A stretch of 64,000 nucleotides of DNA from Desulfatiglandales bacterium (GCA_963667015.2 CAXXJJ010000004.1:4032001-4096000); one strand, 5' to 3'. Positions 49,766 to 61,222 are shown, counted from the first letter of the stretch. Made by a program: numbers and translations. The notes: a model not told the origin generated them from the sequence alone.

Positions 49766-51793
49766 ATGAAAATGCAGATGTATAAAAAAAATCAATCTGT
49801 GTATAAAAAAGGATACTTTAATAATATCAATATCATGGCAAGATCTCTGATCACTAGTATGATTTTGCTCATGTTTTTCACAACACCTGCTATGGCCCGG
49901 GGAGGGGAAAGGTACAGCACCGAAAAAGCCTGGTCTTTCGGTGTTATGGGAGATACCAGGTGGACCCTGGATGAAGATCCGAACGGAGAGAACCCGGATT
50001 ATGTGAGTGCGGCCATTGCAAAGGCTCTGAACGATAAGTTCATTGATTATGGCGTAAAGTTCGTCATACAGGTGGGAGACCTGTCGGACAGAGGCGGTGA
50101 TGATGCGATGTATACAAGGGCGAAGTCAGTACAGCCGCTTTATGATGCCGGGGTTGGATTTTTTCCTTTGCGCGGAGACCACGAAACATATGGAGCGTTC
50201 AATGGCCTTGATCCTGATTCTAATATGAATATCCCGGCCTATCTAAATGCCTTTCCCCAGACTCGAGGGATTGATAATATCTTTGGTGCAAAAAATTTCA
50301 GCAGTCCGGCGATAGATGAATTGAATGGACTGAGCTACTCCTTTGATTATGGTGAAGAGGGCAGCAATGCGAGATTTGTAATCGTTGATGTCGAGGTAAC
50401 GTCCTCCGGCAGTGGAGCAAAGGCATCAGGCCATCCGGTATATGGTCAGGAGTATTTCTATATACTGTGGAGTGTTTACAGGATGGATGAAGATTTAACT
50501 TATACAGAGGGTGGAGAAGAGTTTACAATCCCCGCTGGTACATGGTTTCGTATTGACGACAATACCGGATACCCAACTACATATTTTTATGACTTTGATA
50601 AACAATGGTCAATAGATGTTTATGCTACTATCGTAGACAATGGGACCTCCTCCGTAACTGCCGAAACCAGATTCCTGCCTGGCGATCAACAGGAATGGAT
50701 AAGCAGTCAGCTGGACATTGCTAACCGTGGCACTGAGCATGCATTTGTATTGTCCCACAAGGGATTAATGGGTGAAGGCAGCCTGGACAGCCTGTTTGGA
50801 GACAGCCCTGATTCAGAACCTGATGATCAGAACATATTTTATGCCAGTCTGATGGACAACGGTGTAAAATATATGATTTCCGGTCACGATCAAATGCATA
50901 ATCGTGCTCTTGTAGAAAGCCCGGACAGTTTGTCAGATGTTGAGCAAATCATTTCAGCAGGTGCAGGGACAGAGTCCTATGATCCTGCACCATTAACTTA
51001 TTTCGGTGAAGTAAAAAAACGGGAGACACCCCTTTCTCAGGAACTTCTCAATATTGGTTATTATATCTACACCGTCGACGGCCCGCGTGTAACAGTTGAT
51101 TACTATTCCGGTTCTGTTGATAATTTTGTCAAAAAAGAAACCTGGGGATACAGTAATAATGGTCAGCAGTTTCTTATTCCTCAGGGCGGTTCATATAAGG
51201 TTGTATCCGACAGATTTAATAATACAACTGCTAAAATTCTCAATGGTGAAAATAACAGCGCAGCCACTGACTATACGCCTGAAGAAATTGATGACAACGG
51301 AACACCGGGTGATACCCGAGACGATATAATCCTCAGTGCGCCCCGCCCTCTTGTTAAATCAGTTAATACGGGCTGGGTCGAAAAGCCGGCAAAAGATCGA
51401 AATAGATTCGGAAGTGACATCCTGTCTCTGTGGGGGATGGCGGATGTCGGTACTGAGCAAACCGACACTTATGTTCTGTCAATGTCCTACAATTTCAGGA
51501 CCGGGTGGCATTTCAGGGGAGGACTATTCGGTATTGCAGCACTGGACTCCAGAGGAAGATGGAGGAATGCAGTAGATTTAAATTTTGGTGGAAAAAGAAG
51601 GTTTATACTCGGGCCCTATAAACCCCGGTATAAACTTGGAACATATGGAATTGATCCCTCTACAAAGACAGTGTGGGCAGTAGTAAACTACAACGCTGAT
51701 TTCGCCGTAACAACAGGTATTAATCGTGCTTCCTATTTTGACTGGCTCATTCAATGGCGATTGAACAGGGTGTGGGGCAAAAAATGGAAATAA
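49766..51793 (+). CDS. Secreted calcineurin-like metallophosphoesterase
   Basis: Signal peptide; GDT, VGDL, RGDHE, SH, SGHD..H motifs. Confidence 0.75.
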   Translation: MKMQMYKKNQSVYKKGYFNNINIMARSLITSMILLMFFTTPAMARGGERYSTEKAWSFGVMGDTRWTLDEDPNGENPDYVSAAIAKALNDKFIDYGVKFVIQVGDLSDRGGDDAMYTRAKSVQPLYDAGVGFFPLRGDHETYGAFNGLDPDSNMNIPAYLNAFPQTRGIDNIFGAKNFSSPAIDELNGLSYSFDYGEEGSNARFVIVDVEVTSSGSGAKASGHPVYGQEYFYILWSVYRMDEDLTYTEGGEEFTIPAGTWFRIDDNTGYPTTYFYDFDKQWSIDVYATIVDNGTSSVTAETRFLPGDQQEWISSQLDIANRGTEHAFVLSHKGLMGEGSLDSLFGDSPDSEPDDQNIFYASLMDNGVKYMISGHDQMHNRALVESPDSLSDVEQIISAGAGTESYDPAPLTYFGEVKKRETPLSQELLNIGYYIYTVDGPRVTVDYYSGSVDNFVKKETWGYSNNGQQFLIPQGGSYKVVSDRFNNTTAKILNGENNSAATDYTPEEIDDNGTPGDTRDDIILSAPRPLVKSVNTGWVEKPAKDRNRFGSDILSLWGMADVGTEQTDTYVLSMSYNFRTGWHFRGGLFGIAALDSRGRWRNAVDLNFGGKRRFILGPYKPRYKLGTYGIDPSTKTVWAVVNYNADFAVTTGINRASYFDWLIQWRLNRVWGKKWK

Positions 51794-51851
51794 TTATTTG
51801 CGCGGGTGAGTAATCTCTATTTATAAATAATGAACTTTCAGGGTAGATAAA

Positions 51852-51880
51852 AAAGCCCTGCCGGTAAAAGGCAGGGCTTT
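51852..51880. terminator. Bidirectional intrinsic terminator
   Basis: AAAGCCCTGCC-loop-GGCAGGGCTTT between convergent genes. Confidence 0.8.
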
Positions 51881-51935
51881 CAAAGGGTTTGAGAAATATG
51901 TTTGCACTTAATCAGGTTCTAGCCGGAAAAAATCA

Positions 51936-52577
51936 TTATTTTTTATGATCAGCTTTTCCTTTTTCTCTTTCCGGGGCATCAATTTTATCCAATCGTTTAC
52001 TTATTTTCCTGATTTTAATATCCAGATTTTTTAATGTTTCCTGAATTCTATGTAATGTTCTTGCCTGTTCGTTAATCAGATCTCTGTATTCAGCAACATA
52101 GCTGGCTGAACGCTCAGCCGAACCGGCTTTCTCAGCGGCCTGTAGAGCTGCTCGGTGAGAAGATTCTGCAGCTTTTTCAGAATTTCTTACAAGGTTTGAT
52201 AATTCAATGATTGTTGAATTCCACGCGATATTCAATTGTCTAAACTCATTTACGACATTTTGAGACACTGAAGTTCTTAAATTTTCCGAGATTAACATCC
52301 TGTCATTTTCGGATTCGCGGAACAGTTTATCAATACTACCGGTTATATAGTCAATATCATTTTTTGTCTTCTCAATTGACTTCCTGTATTTTTCTGCTGC
52401 CAGTACATTTTCAGAGAACAATTTCTGTAATCCAGGATTATAGGCTTCTTTAAACAATGCCATATCATTTTTTAATTGTTTGTTTTCAAGGCTGAGCTGT
52501 TGATAGTCAGATTTGCTTGCACAACCAGAGGCAAACACTATTAAAAGCATGACAAATAAATAAAAAATTTTTTTCAT
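51936..52577 (-). CDS. Coiled-coil lipoprotein, function unknown
   Basis: Lipobox FASGC after a signal peptide. Confidence 0.75.
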   Translation of the reverse strand: MKKIFYLFVMLLIVFASGCASKSDYQQLSLENKQLKNDMALFKEAYNPGLQKLFSENVLAAEKYRKSIEKTKNDIDYITGSIDKLFRESENDRMLISENLRTSVSQNVVNEFRQLNIAWNSTIIELSNLVRNSEKAAESSHRAALQAAEKAGSAERSASYVAEYRDLINEQARTLHRIQETLKNLDIKIRKISKRLDKIDAPEREKGKADHKK

Positions 52578-52715
52578 AGAACGGCTCCGTCTTTTTATAT
52601 AAAATAATTTCTCTCCTAAGTTATAAAAGGCCCTGTTTGAACAGACACCAAATAATCAGATATGATCGATTATTTTTATTGCATGTCAAAAGATCTGCAA
52701 CCCCGGCGGTGTTGT

Positions 52716-52853
52716 TCATTCATCACAGAGAGAGTTCCTGATTTGAAAGGGGATGTTTTTCTCTATCAGTGTGATATATACTGACATTGCATAGGGGCTT
52801 ATGAACCGCGAATCAACATAAAGCACAATATCTTCTTTTACCAAAATTCCCAT
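52716..52853 (-). pseudogene. Glutathione S-transferase (YfcF-like) N-terminal remnant
   Basis: SD GGAGG; LYVDSRFISPYAMSVYITLIEKNIPF then an early stop. Confidence 0.6.
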
Positions 52854-53080
52854 TAGCCTCCATATGTTCTGTAATTATGAGCACTTAAGACGTGTTCAAA
52901 AATTTAAAACATAACCTGTTTGTTTTGTCAAAAAGAATTAATGGTATAGAAGTGCTGTGGGTTATTTCATGGCTGTCATAAAACTCCGGAACACAGCAGC
53001 CAATAGTCTTCCCGAAATCATAAAAGGGATTTCAATGGGGGGCAAAAATTTTACATTGAAATCCCTTTGTTCCTGCAGTC

Positions 53081-53707
53081 TTACATGCCTATCGGTGGGG
53101 TTCCCTTGCGGGGAAGATCTTTTGACGGGTGAGGATGCAGTATCGGTTTTTTACGAAATATTCTGGTGTCACGCATGCTTTTTAGAATGTCTATGCTGTC
53201 CCTGTACCCCTGAGTGACCCGGCACATCTCCAGGGCCATGGCTACTATCTGGGCGACTGCCTGGACAAAATTCAGATCATCCAGTGTAAACTCCCATGGG
53301 TCAGCGGTGTAGACCCTCATGCACCCTATTACCCTCTCTCCTATTATCATAGGAACTGAAAGTATTGAGGATATACCTTCCTTTACAGCCGCCTCAGGAT
53401 ACTGTATCCTGGGGTCATCCGCCACATCAAAAATAGCAACGGGTTTTCCATCCTCAATAGAAGATGCAATGGAGCGCATTGCGCTGATAGGGCCTTTGTC
53501 AAGGTATTCCCGGCTGAGACCATAACTTCCGGCCAGTTTTAATTCATGACTGGTCGGCTTGAATAGAAACAGGGCGCAGCCTTTAAAATTAAGGGCATGA
53601 CATACTCCATCAACTGCAACCAGAACCATCTCCTCCGGGTCTCTAAGCTTGGGGAGAGCCTTTGTTAAACGGATAAGTGTTTCATAATTCATTATTGGCC
53701 TTTCCAT
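53081..53707 (-). CDS. Stand-alone GAF-domain protein
   Basis: GSYGLSREYLDKGP, DDPRIQYP...EGISSILSVP; SD AGGAGG. Confidence 0.88.
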   Translation of the reverse strand: MERPIMNYETLIRLTKALPKLRDPEEMVLVAVDGVCHALNFKGCALFLFKPTSHELKLAGSYGLSREYLDKGPISAMRSIASSIEDGKPVAIFDVADDPRIQYPEAAVKEGISSILSVPMIIGERVIGCMRVYTADPWEFTLDDLNFVQAVAQIVAMALEMCRVTQGYRDSIDILKSMRDTRIFRKKPILHPHPSKDLPRKGTPPIGM

Positions 53708-54035
53708 GTTGACCTCCTTTTCGTTAGATTGTTAAACAACATTATGTTGCCAACATCCGGGCCGAATCTTCAAATAATCTGAAAATCCGTACCTGTTGAA
53801 AATCCTTTTCTCAATATGAAACAGGCAGCAGGTCAGGGAAATAATATGTATTTCACTTCATCCGTTTATTAAACTGAAGAGCGTCTGAACTATAGATCGT
53901 GAGATATTTGTAAACAGTTCCGAAGTAATTGGAGTAGAAATGGAAATTTAGGAGTTATGTAGTAAAATCATCCTGATACAGCTGGAAATTACTCAATATC
54001 AGATGCCTATATTAGATCAGATTATATTTATTGTG

Positions 54036-54488
54036 TCAACGAATGGTTTTATCCTTTACAACTTCTCTGTAAAAGATCCTTATATATCTGATGCTTGACA
54101 ATATAAGGGCCAGTCCGATCCCGATATACAGGATAGCAAGGTCATATTTAGGTATCGTTGAATGGCGGAGCAATATTCCCATCACAATCATTACAATAAT
54201 AAGCAGATAGCTCTTAGAAGGGATAAAGGCGAAAAAGCACTTCTTTCGGTCCATTTGGAGTATTCTCTTCAGATTTTTGTCAACTATTCTTAAAAAACCA
54301 AAGTGGTGCACGGGCAATGCCAACAGTATCCCTGCAAGGGCATAGAGGTAGGTACTTACTCCGGACGCTCTGTGAAGCCATGAAAAGGCCATAAACAGAA
54401 GCATAAAACCGGCAAACACCCATACAGTCCCTGCCATAAGCAGCAGAATATTTTTTGTAACAGCCGGCTTGAATTTTTCTATTCCCAT
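54036..54488 (-). CDS. Hypothetical integral membrane protein
   Basis: About four hydrophobic segments. Confidence 0.7.
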   Translation of the reverse strand: MGIEKFKPAVTKNILLLMAGTVWVFAGFMLLFMAFSWLHRASGVSTYLYALAGILLALPVHHFGFLRIVDKNLKRILQMDRKKCFFAFIPSKSYLLIIVMIVMGILLRHSTIPKYDLAILYIGIGLALILSSIRYIRIFYREVVKDKTIR

Positions 54489-54604
54489 GATTTATTTCCT
54501 AAAAGGTATATTCAAAATTCCGGCCTGATTTTTCAGCAACATGTTTTAAATCAGCAGCCAGGACTGAACAGGCAATAACAGAAATCTTTTTTTCAATCTA
54601 AATC

Positions 54605-55285
54605 CTATTCCGGTTTTTGTTTTCCGATACGGGTGTAACACTCCTCGGGGATATTCTTTGGATCTTTGTATATGGCAAAATGGCATTCTCCAAATACCAT
54701 GGGATCTTCCACAAGATGGACTACTCCCAATTCACCGGTGTTCTCAAAAGCAAGCATTTCCATGACCGGACAGTGTACACAGTACATGGGAAAATCCTTC
54801 ATGCCCCAGGTGGCACGATGGGGCTCCTTTACCCTTGCCAGACCGAATTCCGGTTCATAACCCCCCATCTGGATGAGCCTCTCACCTGATCCGCATGGCT
54901 TCATTGTTATTGTAACCTTTTCATCATCCTCTTTTATCTCAAGGGGCTGAAAGTGACCCCTGATATCTCCGGCCATCTCCTGAATACGTGACTTAAGGTC
55001 TGTTTTTCCCGACGGTTTAAAAACAGTTCTCCCTTCAATTCCATGTGCCTCCTTTTCCGCCGCCTCTACGGCATCCATACCGTAGTTGCGGTAGATATAG
55101 GAAAGCAGTCCAGTCACCCAGACCATATACCCGTCATGCAGGTGATTGAACTCCTTTTGCAGACGCTTTGCCAGTTGTTTTGCCTCTTCCCTGTCTCCCC
55201 TGTCAATAGCCTCCATGACCAGTTCAAGGGTCGGTCTGCCCATTTCCCTAAGTTCTTCCTCTGTAAATATCCTGTTTTCACTCAT
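54605..55285 (-). CDS. Hypothetical protein with a putative metal site
   Basis: SD AGGAGG; PCGSG, YCVHC and a distal C. Confidence 0.7.
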   Translation of the reverse strand: MSENRIFTEEELREMGRPTLELVMEAIDRGDREEAKQLAKRLQKEFNHLHDGYMVWVTGLLSYIYRNYGMDAVEAAEKEAHGIEGRTVFKPSGKTDLKSRIQEMAGDIRGHFQPLEIKEDDEKVTITMKPCGSGERLIQMGGYEPEFGLARVKEPHRATWGMKDFPMYCVHCPVMEMLAFENTGELGVVHLVEDPMVFGECHFAIYKDPKNIPEECYTRIGKQKPE

Positions 55286-55409
55286 TGTCGCTGGCCTCCT
55301 TATATCTATGGATTAAAATACTTATTTCCTGGCCGGATATAAAAGTTGCATAATTTTAAGTTATTTTATTATCATAGTCGATGATTAAAAACCAAAATGA
55401 GGTGGCACT

Positions 55410-56438
55410 ATGAAAAAGGTTATACTTGGAAGCACAGGGCTGGAGGTCTCAAGACTAGGTTTCGGCGGGATACCCATTCAGCGTGTGGATGAAGCCAGCG
55501 CAGTGGATGTTGTACTGCATGCCATTGAGACAGGCATAGATTTTATAGATACATCACGCATGTATGTTACGAGTGAAGGCCGTATTGGCATGGCCCTGAA
55601 ACAGACAGATAAAAAGGTGGTGCTTGCAACCAAGTCAATGAACCGTTTTGCAGACGGGGTACAGAAGGATATCGAGGTCAGCCTCAAGAAGCTCCAGGTT
55701 GATTACATTGACATCTATCAGTGTCATGCGGTCAGCAGCGATGACGAGTATGAGCGTGTCCTTCGACCGGGCGGGGCTCTGGAGGGTTTGAGAAAGGCCA
55801 AGGAACAAGGGATAATAGGACATATAGGTATAACCAGCCACAGCCTTGATCTGCTGGAAAAAATAGTTGATGACGGATTTTTTGAGACCATTATGGTCTG
55901 TCTGAGCTTTCTTGAACCTGCCGCAAGGGAAAGGATTGTTCCAAAGGCCCTTGAAAAAAATATCGGCATCATGGCCATGAAGCCCTTCTCCGGAGGGGTT
56001 ATCGAGGCGCCGGAGGCGGCCCTTAAGTGGGTGCTGTCCATACCCGGTATACTTGTGCTTGCAGGAGTTGAAGAAAAAGGCCTTGTTGATAAGAACTGGG
56101 AGATCTTTCAGGGGAGTTATGAACTTACCGAACAGGAAAAGGCCGTAATAAAAGATATCAGGAAGGAATATGAAAAAAAATTCTGCCGCCGCTGCGACTA
56201 CTGCCAGCCATGCACTGCCGGGATACATATCCAGATGATAATGGGCCTTAAATCATTTGTAAAGAGAATGGGGCCCCAGGTTGTTAATAACATGCTCTTC
56301 AAAAAGATGCTGGACAGTGCAGCCAACTGTACGGAATGCGGCGAATGTTTACCCAGATGTCCATATTCTCTTCCCATACCGGACATGATCAGGGAAAACC
56401 TGGAGTGGGCAGAAAACTTTAAAAAGAGCCTTAAATAA
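55410..56438 (+). CDS. Aldo/keto reductase with C-terminal 4Fe-4S dicluster
   Basis: LGFGG, IDTS..Y, ATK, CRRCDYCQPC, CTECGECLPRCP. Confidence 0.92.
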   Translation: MKKVILGSTGLEVSRLGFGGIPIQRVDEASAVDVVLHAIETGIDFIDTSRMYVTSEGRIGMALKQTDKKVVLATKSMNRFADGVQKDIEVSLKKLQVDYIDIYQCHAVSSDDEYERVLRPGGALEGLRKAKEQGIIGHIGITSHSLDLLEKIVDDGFFETIMVCLSFLEPAARERIVPKALEKNIGIMAMKPFSGGVIEAPEAALKWVLSIPGILVLAGVEEKGLVDKNWEIFQGSYELTEQEKAVIKDIRKEYEKKFCRRCDYCQPCTAGIHIQMIMGLKSFVKRMGPQVVNNMLFKKMLDSAANCTECGECLPRCPYSLPIPDMIRENLEWAENFKKSLK

Positions 56439-56466
56439 AAATAATCTATCAACAGAAAAAGAAATT

Positions 56467-57621
56467 ATGAAACCTTATCACAGTTACCGCCTCTCTCTTA
56501 TTGCCATAGTTTTGGTTGTCATCTTCCTTTCAGTTTTCTCCTGTGATGTAAAGGATCGGGAGACATATACCGTGAAACCGGTCAACCTTGATTATACTAT
56601 CCTTGCCTCATGCACAGTGAGTGAACCGAAGCCTTATAGTGTTACTGCAAAGGCAGGAGGAGATATAATCAGGTTGAGTGTTAAAGAGGGAGACAGGGTT
56701 GATAAAGGGCAGATTCTTGCCCTGATTGATGACTACAGGGAACGAAGAGACCTTATAATAAATAAAAACAAATTAAACTCCATAGGCCTCAAGATTGAAG
56801 ATTCAAAAAAAAATGAACTGCCAAGACTCAAAGAACAGCTTAAAAAAGATACTGCCACCCTAAAAAATTCAGAAAGATACCTGAACAGGCTTAAGGAGCT
56901 GGCCCGGACAGGAGGTATTTCCGAGGTTGAGCTGGAGGCGGCTGAAGAAAATTTTAAGCAGGCACTTTCCAGGTATAATCAGACAGAGATTGAGATTGAT
57001 ACCTTCAGCCGCTCCGGTGTGCTGGCCGCCCTTGAAACAGAGCGGCAAATTATTACTGCACAGATCGAGCTGTCGGAAAGGTCCATTGATGATAAAAAGA
57101 TCAGAGCGCCATACAGCGGTGTCATCACCGATGTATATTTCACCGAGGGTGAAACTGTTCAGGACAATGCAAGTCTGCTCAGCATTATCGAAGACAGGGA
57201 TTTTGAGATTGAAGCAAATATAGACCAGAGGGATATGCCTTTTGTAAAAAAATCCCAGGATGCATTTATTGTCCTGGACGCCTATCCATCAAACAAGATC
57301 TCCGCACAGGTGTTTTTTGTCTGCCTGGAGGTTGATATCTCCAGGGGAAGCTGCCTCATTAAATTAAAGATCAGGGATAAACTTGATTTTATCAGGTACG
57401 GAATGACAGGAAATGTTGAGATATTTGCAGATAGATTTACGGCTGTGACAGCGGTCCCTTCGAGATTCCTGAAGCGTGAGGAGGGCGCAGGCTATGTCTA
57501 TATCCGGGAAAAAGGAGAGGTTGAAGCTGTTAAGGTTGAATTCCGGGAGGTAGGAGAGAACTGGGTGATACTCGATAAAATGCCTGAAAACACAGTATTA
57601 TATCTTCCTGCAGAAAATTAA
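56467..57621 (+). CDS. Efflux periplasmic adaptor (MFP) subunit
   Basis: VKEGDRVDKGQIL and IRAPYSGVI lipoyl halves around a coiled coil. Confidence 0.88.
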   Translation: MKPYHSYRLSLIAIVLVVIFLSVFSCDVKDRETYTVKPVNLDYTILASCTVSEPKPYSVTAKAGGDIIRLSVKEGDRVDKGQILALIDDYRERRDLIINKNKLNSIGLKIEDSKKNELPRLKEQLKKDTATLKNSERYLNRLKELARTGGISEVELEAAEENFKQALSRYNQTEIEIDTFSRSGVLAALETERQIITAQIELSERSIDDKKIRAPYSGVITDVYFTEGETVQDNASLLSIIEDRDFEIEANIDQRDMPFVKKSQDAFIVLDAYPSNKISAQVFFVCLEVDISRGSCLIKLKIRDKLDFIRYGMTGNVEIFADRFTAVTAVPSRFLKREEGAGYVYIREKGEVEAVKVEFREVGENWVILDKMPENTVLYLPAEN

Positions 57622-57622
57622 T

Positions 57623-58834
57623 ATGGCTGTGAATTACTACGAAATCATGATTGCATGGCGTTTTCTGGTTAAAGGGAGGCTGCAGACCCTCTTTATCATA
57701 CTCGGGATAGCAATGGGTGTGGCCGTGCAGTTTTTTTTATCTTCACTTATTGGCGGTCTGCAGAACAGCATTATCGAAAGAACCGTGGGCTCGTCACCAC
57801 ACCTTATAATATCCCCTGAAGACAGGAAGCCTGCGCCCATTGATACAGGTTCTGCCGCGATAAAAGATAACCGGCCTGCCGCCCTTGAGGAAAGGCCGGA
57901 GATCTTTTCATGGCAGCAATATGTTATTGACTTGAAAAAGGATAAAAGGATTACCAGTATATCCCCTGTTGCCAATGGAAACGGTTTTGTGCTTGAGGGA
58001 AACACAGTGCATCCTGTGCGTGTAAAGGGGCTCTATGAGCCTGACGGCCCCGCTATTTACAGGATAAAACAAAAGCTGGTTTCAGGAAGTGAGAGGTTTT
58101 CAGGAGAAACTGCTCTCGTGGCAAAGGAACTGGCTGACAAACTGGCGCTCATAACAGGGGATAAGTTTATACTCCGGAATGACAATGGCCAAAATATTTC
58201 CCTGATCACAGGCGGTATTTTTGACCTTGGAACCGCCACAGGCAGCAGCCTGATAGTACTTTCTCTGGACAGGGTAAGGGCCTTTTTCGGTATTGACGGG
58301 GTTTCTGCAATCGAGGTACAGGTGTCCGATATCTTTGAGGCAGAAACCATAGCGCAGAAATATTCCGGCCATTTTACAAGGGTTAAGTTCGAATCCTGGC
58401 AGAAGACAAACAGGGAGATGCTAGCCGCCCTTTCATCTCAGAGTTCATCATCCTATACTATTCAGTTCTTTGTACTTTTTTCAATATCTCTTGGAATTGC
58501 CAGCGTCCTTGCAATAGCGGCTGTTCAGAAATCAAGGCAGCTTGGAATCCTCAAGGCCATGGGTACAACAGATATAAGTTCAGCAAAGATCTTTGTTGTT
58601 CAGGGTTTTATACTGGGCGCAGTCGGATCTATCATAGGTGTAGGTATTGGTTATGGTATATCAATGCTTTTTATACGGGCAATGGGCGATATGATAGCCT
58701 TTGGACTGGAGATAAAGACCGCATATATTATAGTTCCGGTTGTTCTTGCCGTTATAGCCTCAACTGCCGCTTCTGTAATTCCGGCAAGCCGCGCATCAAG
58801 ATTATCTCCCATGGAGGTGATAAGGAATGGATGA
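57623..58834 (+). CDS. ABC transporter permease (MacB/LolE-like)
   Basis: GIAMGV, RQLGILKAMG, PASRASRLSP. Confidence 0.9.
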   Translation: MAVNYYEIMIAWRFLVKGRLQTLFIILGIAMGVAVQFFLSSLIGGLQNSIIERTVGSSPHLIISPEDRKPAPIDTGSAAIKDNRPAALEERPEIFSWQQYVIDLKKDKRITSISPVANGNGFVLEGNTVHPVRVKGLYEPDGPAIYRIKQKLVSGSERFSGETALVAKELADKLALITGDKFILRNDNGQNISLITGGIFDLGTATGSSLIVLSLDRVRAFFGIDGVSAIEVQVSDIFEAETIAQKYSGHFTRVKFESWQKTNREMLAALSSQSSSSYTIQFFVLFSISLGIASVLAIAAVQKSRQLGILKAMGTTDISSAKIFVVQGFILGAVGSIIGVGIGYGISMLFIRAMGDMIAFGLEIKTAYIIVPVVLAVIASTAASVIPASRASRLSPMEVIRNG

Positions 58835-59603
58835 TAATATTATGATAGCGGTAAAAGGGCTTAACAAGATATATGGGGCTGCAGTGAAAACCCATGTCCT
58901 GTATGATATAGATCTTGAGATAGAGATGGACTCATTTACTGCCCTGATCGGTCCCTCCGGGTCCGGAAAAAGTACGCTTTTAAGCTGCCTCGGTCTGCTT
59001 GAGCCGCCTACATCTGGAGAAATAGTAATTGACGGTCAGTCATTTTCAGATATTAACGTCAATAAACTGGCCGCATTTAGAAATGTGAATATAGGTTTTG
59101 TTTTCCAGTTTCATCATCTGCTGCCTGAATTTACCGTGTTTGAAAACATCCTCCTTCCTCACTGGATAAAAAACGGAAGGCCGGGAACTTCCCTCAGGCA
59201 GGAAGCGGACAGGTTAATAGACCGTGTTGGCCTGAGCGATATTAAAAGTAAAAATGTCACACAGATATCAGGAGGACAGCAGCAGAGGGTTTCAATAGCC
59301 AGGGCACTTATTAACAGGCCAAAGGTTATCTTTGCAGATGAACCTACGGGCAACCTGGACAGAGAAACAGGAGCGAGGGTGCTTGATCTTTTAAGGGAGA
59401 TAAACAAAGAAAACAATACGACCCTTGTAATGGTAACTCATGACAGAGAAGTGGCTCTGCGTTCTGACCGAATAGTAGAGCTTGTAGACGGGAAAATATG
59501 CAGAACCATTGATATCAGATCTTCGGGCAGAGATAATGCAATCGAAATGCTTGAAAACCTTTCCTGCGTCCTCCCTGATTCGGAATCGGACGTGGAGAAA
59601 TAG
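58827..59603 (+). CDS. ABC transporter ATP-binding protein (LolD-like)
   Basis: [31 protein letters not shown]. Confidence 0.93.
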   Translation: MDDNIMIAVKGLNKIYGAAVKTHVLYDIDLEIEMDSFTALIGPSGSGKSTLLSCLGLLEPPTSGEIVIDGQSFSDINVNKLAAFRNVNIGFVFQFHHLLPEFTVFENILLPHWIKNGRPGTSLRQEADRLIDRVGLSDIKSKNVTQISGGQQQRVSIARALINRPKVIFADEPTGNLDRETGARVLDLLREINKENNTTLVMVTHDREVALRSDRIVELVDGKICRTIDIRSSGRDNAIEMLENLSCVLPDSESDVEK

Positions 59604-59661
59604 CCCCGGGAAAAGGCGTGCAGGACTATAACTGAAGCAATACCTTAACTGAAACGGAAAA

Positions 59662-60126
59662 ATGTTAATGAGTCAAAGGCCGGTAACTCAAAAAAGATTT
59701 TATCTCATCCCTGAGGCCCATCTCCTTTTATTTGAGGAAAACAGGATATTGCTGCTGTTAAGAAAGAACACCGGGTATGAGGATGGTAAATACAGTGTTG
59801 TGGCAGGCCATCTCGACGGGGAAGAAACAGCGCGTGAGGCCATGGCAAGGGAGGCCATGGAAGAGGCTGGGATAGTTATCAATCCCGAAGACCTTGTACT
59901 TGCGCACATTACACACAGGATAGACCTGGATGAAAGGGTGTCATTCTTTTTCACAACCGCAAGTTGGAAAGGAACGCCTCTAAATATGGAACCGGATAAA
60001 TGCGATGATTTAAGCTGGTTTTCTATTGATTCAATGCCTGAAAACATGGTTCCCTATGTACGAAATGCCATTGAGCAATATCTGAAGGGAAATCTATATT
60101 CCGAATTCGGCTGGAAAGAGAAATAA
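59662..60126 (+). CDS. NUDIX hydrolase
   Basis: [23 protein letters not shown]udix box; MEPDKC. Confidence 0.9.
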   Translation: MLMSQRPVTQKRFYLIPEAHLLLFEENRILLLLRKNTGYEDGKYSVVAGHLDGEETAREAMAREAMEEAGIVINPEDLVLAHITHRIDLDERVSFFFTTASWKGTPLNMEPDKCDDLSWFSIDSMPENMVPYVRNAIEQYLKGNLYSEFGWKEK

Positions 60127-60130
60127 AAAA

Positions 60131-60778
60131 ATGAGAACTGTAATATTTGATCTGGACGGGACATTGAGTGATTCTGCCGAGGGAATAGTCCGATCCATTA
60201 ATTATGCCCTGCCCAGACTTGGGTTTAAAGAACGCCCAAAGGAGGAGCTGCTGCAGTATATCGGTCCTCACCTTACCTCTATTTTTGAAAACCTGACGGG
60301 CAAAAGGGATGAGGATTTCCTTAACAATGCTATTGCAATCTTCAGGGAAAGGTATTTTTCGATAGGATATAAGGAAAATGAACTCTATGAAGGGATAAGG
60401 GATGTCCTGGAACTGCTGACCCGCTGGGGTGACATCCTGTGCGTTGCCACTACAAAACGGACGGATATCGCACAAAACGTCCTCGAGTATTTTGAGATAG
60501 ATAAATATTTTACACGGGTTCAGGGAAGCGATCTTTACCCGCACAAGGCAGACTCCCTCAGGGAGATGATGGTTGATTCAACCCTTAACAGCGGGCCCAT
60601 GATTATGATAGGTGACCGTGACAGCGACTTTACGGCAGCAAGAGATGCGGGAATGCCTTCACTTGCCGTCCGCTGGGGTTATGGATGTGAAGATGAATAT
60701 AAACTTGCAACCGCGGTTGTGGATAAACCCATGAATCTGCCCGGGGCGATAATTCAGTACTCGGGCATGGTTAAATAA
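60131..60778 (+). CDS. HAD-family phosphatase (phosphoglycolate phosphatase-like)
   Basis: FDLDGTL, ATTK, MIGDRDSD. Confidence 0.9.
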   Translation: MRTVIFDLDGTLSDSAEGIVRSINYALPRLGFKERPKEELLQYIGPHLTSIFENLTGKRDEDFLNNAIAIFRERYFSIGYKENELYEGIRDVLELLTRWGDILCVATTKRTDIAQNVLEYFEIDKYFTRVQGSDLYPHKADSLREMMVDSTLNSGPMIMIGDRDSDFTAARDAGMPSLAVRWGYGCEDEYKLATAVVDKPMNLPGAIIQYSGMVK

Positions 60779-60784
60779 AAAATA

Positions 60785-61222
60785 TCACTGGCGTTTGATT
60801 ACAAGTACCGGTTTTTTGGTTTTACGAATCACCTTTTCAGATACGGACCCGAGAAAGATCTCCTCCAGGTTGCTCTTCCCGTGTGATCCTATTATGGTTA
60901 CAGAAACATCCTCACTCTTTTCGGCATTCAGTATCTCTCTTACCGGGAACCCTATCTTTAGCAGGGACTTTACCTCAAAGCCGCTGGCTGCTAATTCCTC
61001 TTCAACCCGTTCCATCTGCTGAGAGGCCTGGGCCATTATGTCCTTCTCAAGGGTATGAGAATTCATCCCTGCCAGATTGTCTATGGCCTGAAAGGAACGC
61101 TGATCAATAACATGGATCAGGACCACAGACTCAATGCCTGAAGATTTAAGTTTTTTCAATTCTTCCAGGGCAGCCTTTGATGCATCGGAGAAATCCGTTG
61201 GAAACAGGACTTTTTTAAACAT
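60785..61222 (-). CDS. Universal stress protein
   Basis: MFKKVLFPTDFS, IGSHGKS, LGSVSEKV, PVLVI. Confidence 0.92.
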   Translation of the reverse strand: MFKKVLFPTDFSDASKAALEELKKLKSSGIESVVLIHVIDQRSFQAIDNLAGMNSHTLEKDIMAQASQQMERVEEELAASGFEVKSLLKIGFPVREILNAEKSEDVSVTIIGSHGKSNLEEIFLGSVSEKVIRKTKKPVLVIKRQ

